Shown here: positions 55,284 to 64,000 of the stretch, one piece after another
Position numbering within the stretch: the first letter of the stretch is position 1
Layout: each line of letters begins with the position of its first letter
Notes under the pieces: generated by a model
Databases searched by the model: none
The model's input: the letters and a program-made list of their open reading frames with translations, nothing else
What the model was told of the DNA's origin: nothing
Source: Chrysomallon squamiferum
Lineage: Eukaryota; Animalia; Mollusca
DNA length: 64,000 bases
Direction: 5' to 3'
Assembly: GCA_012295275.1 (NCBI GenBank)
Contig: CM022667.1
Span: forward strand, 4,216,001-4,280,000
Program-made: the position numbers and the translations under genes

Positions 55284-57227
55284 AAGAAAAAATATACATT
55301 GCTACTACTAATACTACAAGTGATACTACTACTGCTACTACTTCTAATACTGCTAATAATACAACCACTGCAACTACTGCTACTACTACTACTAATAGTA
55401 CCGTTGTAACTACTGCTACTACTACTACTAATAGTACCGCTGTAACTACTGCTACTACTACTACTACTATTACCACTGCAACTACTGCTACTACTACTAC
55501 TAATACTACCGCTAATAATATTACCGCTGTAACTATTGCTACTACTACTGATAGTACTGCCACTATAACTATTGCTACTACTACTGATAGTACTGCCACT
55601 ATAACTATTGCTACAACTACTAATAACACTGCCACTGTAACTATTGCTACTACTACTGATAGTACTGCCACTATAACTATTGCTACAACTACTGATAGTA
55701 CTGCCACTATAACTATTGCTACAACTACTAATAACACTGCCACTGTAACTATTGCTACTACTACTAATAGTACTGCCACTGTAACTATTGCTACTACTAA
55801 TAATAATACTGCCACTGCAACTATTGCTGCTACTACTAACACTGCCACTGTAACTATTGCTACTACTACTAATAGTACTGCCACTGTAACTATTGCTGCT
55901 ACTACTAATAACACTGCCACTGTAACTATTACTACAACTACTAATAGTACTGCCACTGTAACTATTACTACAACTACTAATAGTACTGCCACTGTAACTA
56001 TTGCTACTACTACTAATAACACTGCCACTGTAACTATTGCTGCTACTACTAATAGCACTGCCACTGTAACTATTACTGCTACTACTAATAATACTGCCAC
56101 TGCAACTATTACTAGTACTACTAATAACACTGCCACTATAACTATTGCTACTACTACTAATAGTACTGCCACTATAACTATTGCTACTACTACTAATAGT
56201 ACCGCTGTAACTATTGCTACTACTACTAATAAAACTGCCACTGTAACTATTACTACTACTACTAATAGTACTGCCACTGCAACTATTGCTACTATTACTA
56301 ATAAACTGCCACTGTAACTATTGCTACTACTGCTACTAATAGTACCGATATAACTATTACTACTACTACTGCTAATAGTACCACTGTAACTATTGCTACT
56401 ACTACTACTAATACTGCCACTGTAACTATTGCTACTACTAATAATAAAAGTACCGATGTAACTATTGCTATTACTACTACTAATAGTACCGCTGTAACTA
56501 TTGCTACTACTAATAATAATACTGCCACTGCAACTATTGCTACTTCTACTAATAATATTGCCACTGCAACAATTGCTAGTACTACTACTAATACTTCAGC
56601 TGCTACTGGTGCTGCTACCATCACTATGATTACTAACTACAGCTACTACTACTACTGTTACTGCAACTTCTGCTGATACTACATTACTACTGTATTACTG
56701 TTAATACTACTGCTCTAATATTATTACTTTTTCTAGTTTACTATCACAACTACTATTACTAATTTTGTTGTACTACTGTTACTATTAATACTATTAATTC
56801 TACTGCTACTACTACTTCTAACATTACTTCTGCTAATACTGCTATTACTGCTGTTACTATTACCACTATTACAACTGCAAATACACCAAATCTACTACTA
56901 CTGCTGCTGCTGCTGCTGCTACCTCTATTAAAACAGTAAATTGTAGCAAATGAATCTGTAAACAAGAATAAATAAATTTATGAAATAGAAACAAGGTATA
57001 GGTAGGTACGAAAATACGTATATGCGTACGTAAGAACATTTTATTTGTATATCATATATTTATGCTCTTACATATCAACCAAAATATGTTGATTCTTTTC
57101 AAAAATTCTATTTATTGGCAGTTTGCAGAAAAACAGTACAGCCAAGACAGAGCCAAAAGTGAGTACTAAACCATTATTAATATACAATCACATTCTTTAA
57201 GAATTTAGAACTAAAAACTGACATCTA

Positions 57228-57293
<66 letters not shown>

Positions 57294-57352
57294 ACACACA
57301 CCTCTGTGTCTAATCATATAAATTCCAAGAACATTTGAAAAAGTACAAAATC

Positions 57353-57426
<74 letters not shown>

Positions 57427-57655
57427 AGCCAAAATGAGTACTAAACCATTATTAATATATAATAATATTCTTAATAAATTTAGAACTAAAAACTGACATT
57501 TGTTACACACACGCACACACACACACACACAAACACAAACACTCACACACACACATGTTTATACAGACTGATGTATATGTCATATTTTTTAGATTCTGAA
57601 CAACGGGAGATTGACTTCTCAGCACATCTGCGGGAAATTGACTGGATGAGGTCAG
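54200..57655 (+). CDS. TNF-superfamily ligand, copy 3: intact exons A-C (54200-54688, 57122-57158, 57593-57655); no TNF-domain exon found downstream in this window
   Basis: 489+37+63 nt, in frame to ...SAHLREIDWMRS|gtgagg; no LHW/FIYAHLVF exon between 57656 and 64000. Confidence 0.75.
55300..56920. repeat. Degenerate (ACT)n-derived 36-bp minisatellite in TNF copy 3 intron 1
   Basis: Unit actgccactgtaactattgctactactactaatagt. Confidence 0.9.
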
Positions 57656-57804
57656 GTGAGGTCAAAGTTCATTAACGGTTAAACAGTTATGAGTTATTAA
57701 AATATTAAATATCATTTTTCAATGACTTATATGTTCATTATGTCACCATATTTGGTATTTATTGTACATAAATAATAACAATAATAATAATAATAATAAT
57801 AATA

Positions 57805-57844
<40 letters not shown>

Positions 57845-57864
57845 CAACAATTATTATTATCATG

Positions 57865-57899
<35 letters not shown>

Positions 57900-57967
57900 T
57901 ACTACTACTACTATTTACCACTGTTATTACTTTTATTATTATTATTATTATTATAAATAGAAACAGA

Positions 57968-57998
<31 letters not shown>

Positions 57999-59585
57999 TA
58001 ATAATAATAATAATAAAAGTAATAGTAATGATGATGATTAAGATAATAATTATTATCATCATCATGATTATCATCATTAGTATTACTATTATTATAAATA
58101 GAAACAGAAATAATAATAATAATAGTAGTAATAATAATAATAATAATAATAATAGTAGTAATAATAATAATAATAATAAAAATAATAATAATAGTAGTAG
58201 TAATAATAATAATAATAATAATATATAACATATTTAACTAATTAGACTTTTGTTTTTCTCAGTGTAACATAGTTAGCTACATTAATGGATTATGTCAATG
58301 CTAAACCAAAATAGCTAGATAAACCTTTATATACATACGTACCTATTTACTTATTTTTTATATTGACTAATATTATTGTCAGTTGCTTCCTTCTTCATTA
58401 TTTTACTAGTACTTATGTATTTTTTTTTTTTTTTTGACATTTGTAGATGTATCTGTTGAAGCAAAAACAAACATTGCGTAAACAAACAAATAAAATAACT
58501 GAGCTTTTTGTTAGCCCATTGCTGTGAAACGTATGCGTCTGTTCTAGTAATTGTTATTTTATTTTATTTATTTTTTGATCATCATTGTCACTGATATTAG
58601 TTTTATTATTATGAGACAGATATCTATAACGTGACGATACAGTGATATTGAATCTTAGAGTAACTATACGATCAACAACTCTGCCTCATAAAGACCGAAC
58701 CACGCGATAACTCGAATTTGGTTCAAATCTGATCAAGTCAGTTCTCTCAACTAAAACTTCCTGAATTGTGTTTGTGGGCAAAATGAACGGGTTTTTTGTT
58801 GTTGTTGTTGTTGTTGTCATAAGGTTTCGATTTAACCGCATACAATTAAGACTTACCTGATTAAATCTGGAAGAAAAGTAATACTGAAGCCGGTTACGTG
58901 TGCATTGTCCACCTTGGTTAATCGAAGTTATTTAGGCACATCGCTTCCCGGTATAATGTCAGTCACAGACTGTGTGTTGGAGACGTTCAGTACAAAATAT
59001 GTGAAGGTTTTCAGTTGTTTATTTTAAATAATTCTCAGGCCAGAAAAAGCAAATAATCTACGATCACGTGACTTCATTTTTTCGACTATTGTTGTGATCT
59101 CGAAATAGCCTTTTCATTTATGATTCAGTATTCAGTAGTATTTACCTTTTTATTTTATTTTTCTGCGGTTTTGACAAATGCCTTAGAAGTGATGATGGAA
59201 TAAATGTGTTTAGTTACAAACTGAGTTTTTGTCCACAAGTCATCTTTATTATTATTTAGTCTTTACTAGAACTAAAATTTTACCTCGATGCTGAAGAAAA
59301 CTGTAACTTGTTTAAAGAAAAAAAAAACTGAACCTCTAAAAATTAACATTTCAGATTTTCTAATTTATCCCTTCTAGATGTATTTCATGAGCTAGATCTT
59401 TTCACTTTCATTAATTTGGTATAAAAATTACATTAGTAGTACAATTAGAAGTGAAGTTGTTAATTTTCAACGATTTTATTTTTTGTTTTTTATCATGTGA
59501 ATGGTCTATCGCAAAGGAATGTAAATGTAATTTAAAGCGACATGAAAAAAATTAGACTCCATATTTACAACAGATAGTATGATAT

Positions 59586-59666
<81 letters not shown>

Positions 59667-59797
59667 TGAAACCTTTCACATATGAACCATAGCAATTCTC
59701 AGTAATCTATTTTTAGCTTGGAGGCTGAACCCCAACTGATTTCTAGGAAAAGAAAAACGAAACACCCTTACTTATTATTGTTTTCGAAGAAATGCAG

Positions 59798-59833
<36 letters not shown>

Positions 59834-60226
59834 TTTTTCATTTAATATGATTCAGACACTGAGTGATCCCGAGTGGTCGCGAGTTCTAACTCGGCGTGAC
59901 TCAACAGGTGACAATCTTTTATCTCACAGGTAAAACCCCATTCTGCAGGTCAGGAAACACCAAATGAACAGCCACAGTTTCCCAGTTCCAGTGACAAAAC
60001 ACAGCCAATGAAAACTTACAGGAAGTATTACGACTACTACTGTGATTGGTTAAAAAATAATAATTGGCAAAGCGTCATATCTGATCTGAATCACGTGATT
60101 CATACGACGATATCGGGCATAAACATTTCTTTAGTGAGACACCGTCTTATAACAAACATCAAACGAACAATCATGGAAGGCTCTTTGTATCTAGGCGATA
60201 TACAAGTTTTCTGTGAGAAAAAAGAA

Positions 60227-60716
60227 ATGGATCATAACAACGTAAGTTTGTTTCAAAACAAAGAAGGGGATAAGAGTGACACAGTTCACAGTGGTTCCGG
60301 TTGGAGTAACACGGGCACTGACGAGCCACTCATCAAACGAAATAGAGAAGACATTTTGGAAAGTTTTGTAAATCCTGTCACAAAATGTGCGCCAAGAGAG
60401 AACGTGCGTGAAAAATGTGAGAAAGAAAAAGAAACAGAAAAAGAGAAAAATAAATTCTGGATAAAGGTCATTCTGCTTTTTTGCTGTCATCGCCATTTTA
60501 CTGATGATATGCATAGCTCTGCTTTTCATCACAAAACGTGTGCAGTCACAACAACAAACTGTTGTGCAATGGGACGACGACGTCTGCATTCCGTGCAAAA
60601 ATGTTTATCTCATTTACGATGACAATATTGACAACATCTACGACTTCGACGTTCGAGAAGATGGAAATACGTGCTGTCCTGGTCGTGAGAAAAACCTGAT
60701 CAACATCGTAACAAAG
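60227..60716 (+). pseudogene. TNF-ligand exon A copy with +1 T-run frameshift (possibly a sequencing error)
   Basis: 490 nt; extra T at 60477-60482; donor retained; no exon B follows before the next copy. Confidence 0.75.
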
Positions 60717-61148
60717 GTTTTTATTATTATTATTATTATTATCATTATTATTATTATCATTGCTCGTTAGTAGTAGTAGTATTAGTATTAGTATTAGTAT
60801 TAGTAGTGGTAGTGGTAGTGGTAGTGGTAGTAGCAGCAGAAGTAGTAGTATTGTTGTTGTTGTTGTTAATGGTTTATAAATTGGGTATTATATGGGTTTA
60901 CAAATGCTATTTTTAGCAAAAGAAGTTATTTAAGTTTTTACGAGAATTCAGTGATGTAAAATTAGATATGGGATTTTCAAAATGTTTATTTCTAATTACA
61001 TTTGAGGAAGAACAACTTATTTTGATAATAAATGTTTCGCGATACCTTTTAATATTCACATTCTGGTTTTCTGTAATAATGATGCAGAAAAAATATATTT
61101 TTTATTACTAATTTTATTATTATTACTATTATTATTATTATTATTATG

Positions 61149-61204
<56 letters not shown>

Positions 61205-62405
61205 GTGTCTATATCCCATATATAAAATTACTATAGTCAAAGATCGTACCGGTGGAGGATCCTTTATTCGAAATACCAGAATCCTAAAAGCTCCCAAATC
61301 CAATACACAGACTTTATTTTAAACATAAAGTTATTAAAAACTATTGAAAAGAAATTCGTATTCAGAGTCAAGTCAAGTCAAAAAAATTAGCGTGCTAATC
61401 AGAGCAAGCTGTTGTGAAGCACGTCTACGACGGGCACGTTTTCTGACAGGTCAGTGGGCGTGTCCGTCGCAGACGTATTCAGACTCGGGTTATTTCCTTG
61501 TATAGCAAAACCCGAAACATGGGACAGTCCCAAGCTGCTCGACAAACTTGTTTATCCACGTGAATGAGTGAAATAGCCAATTAAAAATTACAGGCAGCGT
61601 TAAGACTCCTGTGATTGGTCAAAAATACCTGGCAACGCGCCATATCTGAACAATGTATGACATGTGACTAGAGCACATCAGACGACAGTTCGCAGTTTGT
61701 GTGTCTAAGCGATATACAAGATTTCTGTGATTTAAAAAAAAAAAACGAAAAAAAAAAAAGATTCATGGAAAATGAGGCAATTAAATTCTGGATAAAGGTC
61801 ATCGACATTTTACTGATGATATGCACAGCTCTGCTTTTCATTCCAAAACTTGTGATATCGCAACGTCAAACCGTTGTGCAATGAATGGAACGATGACGTC
61901 TGCATTCCGTGCAAAGATATTTCTCTCATCGACGATGACAAAAATTGACAATATCTAAGACTTCGACTTGAACAAAACCTGAACAACATCGTAAGAAAGG
62001 TTATTATTATTATTATTATTGTTGTTGTTGTTGTTAAAACAAGAAATTACATCAGCCGTCATGAGCTCTCTAGAACAGAAAAGCTATGTTCTAACAATAC
62101 ATATAGGACTTTCCGGAGTATTTGGGTGTTGTTGTTTTTTTAATGTGTTATTATAGAAGAATATATGTCAAATAACCCCTCCCGCCCAAAAAAGTAACAT
62201 AACATAGCTCTATATACTGCATATACCTATATAATATCATATGTTACATTTTTCAGATTCTGAATTACGTTTTACTGTGGAGAATGACCGCAAAGCACAT
62301 TTACGCAAAACTGACTGAAAGTTTATTCTGAGAAACAGTAAAATCTATAAAAATAAGACGGCTTCTTTGAAACTTTACTTATTATTGTTTTCGGAGAAAT
62401 GCAGC

Positions 62406-62436
<31 letters not shown>

Positions 62437-62480
62437 TTTTTCATTTAATATGATTCCCACACTGAGTGGTCCCGAGTGGT
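61205..62480 (+). pseudogene. Duplicate of 52430-53810 carrying a TNF pseudogene (exon A 61765-61999, exon C at 62257)
   Basis: Near-identical sequence sharing the premature stop TVVQ*; exon B is deleted. Confidence 0.85.
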
Positions 62481-62817
62481 CGCGAGTTCTAACTCGGCGT
62501 GACTCAACAGGTGACAATCTTTTATCTCACAGGTAAACCCCCATTCTGCAGGTCAGGAAACACCAAATGAACAGCCATAGCTGCGCAGTTCCAATGACAA
62601 AACACAGCCAATGAAAAAGTACAGGAAGTATTACGACTACTGTTATTGGTTATAACATAATTGGCAAAGCGTCACATCTGATCTGAATAACTGCTGGATA
62701 CGACGATATCGTGTATAAACATTTCATTAGTGAGACACCGTCTTACAACAAACATCAAACGAACAACCACAGTTTGCAGTTTGAGCATCTAAACAAATTT
62801 TCTGTGAGAAAAACGAA

Positions 62818-63298
62818 ATGGATCATAACAACGTAAGTTTGTTACAAAATAAAGAATGGAAACAGCGTGACACAGTTCACAGTGGTTCAGGTGGCAGTAA
62901 CACGGGCACTGACGAGCCGCTCATCAAACGAAATAGAGAAGACATTTTAGAAAGTTTTGTAAATCCTGTCCGAAAATATCAGCCAAGAAAAAATTTGTTT
63001 GGAAAATGTGACAAAGAAAAAGAAACAGAAAAAGAGAAAAATAAATTCTGGATAAAGGTCATTCTGCTTTTTGCTGTCATCAACATTTTACTGATCATAG
63101 CTACAGCTCTGCTTTTCATTCCAAAACGTGTGGAGTCAAACCGTTGTACAATGGGACGACGACGTCTGCATTCCGTGCAAAAATGTTTATCTCATCAGCG
63201 ATGACAAAATTGACAACATTTACGACTTCGACGTTCAAGAAGATGGAAATACGTGCTGTCCTGTTCGTGAGAAAAACCTGATCGACATCGTAACAAAG
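62818..63298 (+). pseudogene. TNF-ligand exon A copy with 8-nt deletion frameshift
   Basis: 481 nt = 489-8; gagtca[caacgtca]aaccg deleted between gtca microhomologies; any downstream exons lie beyond the window. Confidence 0.78.
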
Positions 63299-63632
63299 GT
63301 TTTTATTATTATTACTATTATTATTATTATTATTATTATTACTAGTAGTAGTAGTAGTAGCAGTACTAGCAGCATCAGCAGCAGTAGTATTGTTATGGTT
63401 GTTGTTGTTAATGGTTTATAAATTGGGTGTTATATGGGTTTACAAATGCTATTGTTAGCAAAGGAAGTTATTTAAGTTTTTACGAGAATTCAGTGATGTA
63501 AAATTAGATTTCTAATTACCTCTGCAGGAAGAGCAACTTATTTTGATAATAAAAAATGTTTCGAGATACGATTTAATTTTCGAATTCTGCTTTTCTATAA
63601 TAATAAAGCACAACAAAATTTTTCATTAATAA

Positions 63633-63663
<31 letters not shown>

Positions 63664-64000
63664 TCTATTTTTACTTGGTGTTTTCAATTTTTGTAATATG
63701 ATAAACATTATTGAAACAAATATAATGATCGAAGTTCATCAAATTATGATATCTCTCTTAATAAGCAAGATAATGGAATCGATTCCTCCACTGAATTAAA
63801 AGATTAACAATATTGATTAATTCTACCTACAAACACAGTATTTTCATATTCTAATTTTCTGTAAAAAGATGTGCAACACACACTTTCTCATTTTATCTTA
63901 AGGGAAAAAAAGGAAAAAGAAGAGAAAAGAAAATAAAAGTTAAATGATTATTCAGTTAAACAGTGTTATACACTAAAATAAAAATTATTAACACTCAAAC

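Noticed and set aside
55219-56277. 352-aa Val/Ala/Leu-rich minus-strand ORF
   Set aside because: Translation of an intronic 36-bp minisatellite; absent from the paralogous introns.

Overview
AT-rich, microsatellite-dense, intron-containing animal DNA with a 200-N gap at 28971-29170. The gene content looks invertebrate and mollusc-like (inference). There are four main elements. (1) A minus-strand gene encoding seven matrin/U1-type C2H2 zinc fingers (ZNF385/ZNF346/ZMAT-like, 2244-4031). (2) Head-to-head with it, one 17-exon plus-strand gene (10051-26858) that splices into a ~2000-aa protein made only of six tandem VwkA-type vWA domains. All its introns are phase 1, every internal exon is 3n long apart from one net -1 indel in module 3, the MIDAS motif is split at every module junction, modules 2-5 carry an extra intron, and two p53-like response elements flank exon 1. 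(3) From ~32.5 kb to the end, a birth-and-death array of type II membrane TNF-superfamily ligand genes: about 10 first exons, most with their own inverted-CCAAT module, but only 2 complete TNF-domain exons. No copy is fully intact as assembled, and several defects are single-base homopolymer indels. (4) Intron-containing fragments of a phosphorylase kinase beta (PHKB) gene, interleaved head-to-head with the TNF copies. There is also a TA-flanked MITE and several minisatellites. All family assignments come from motif recognition by eye; no database searches were run.
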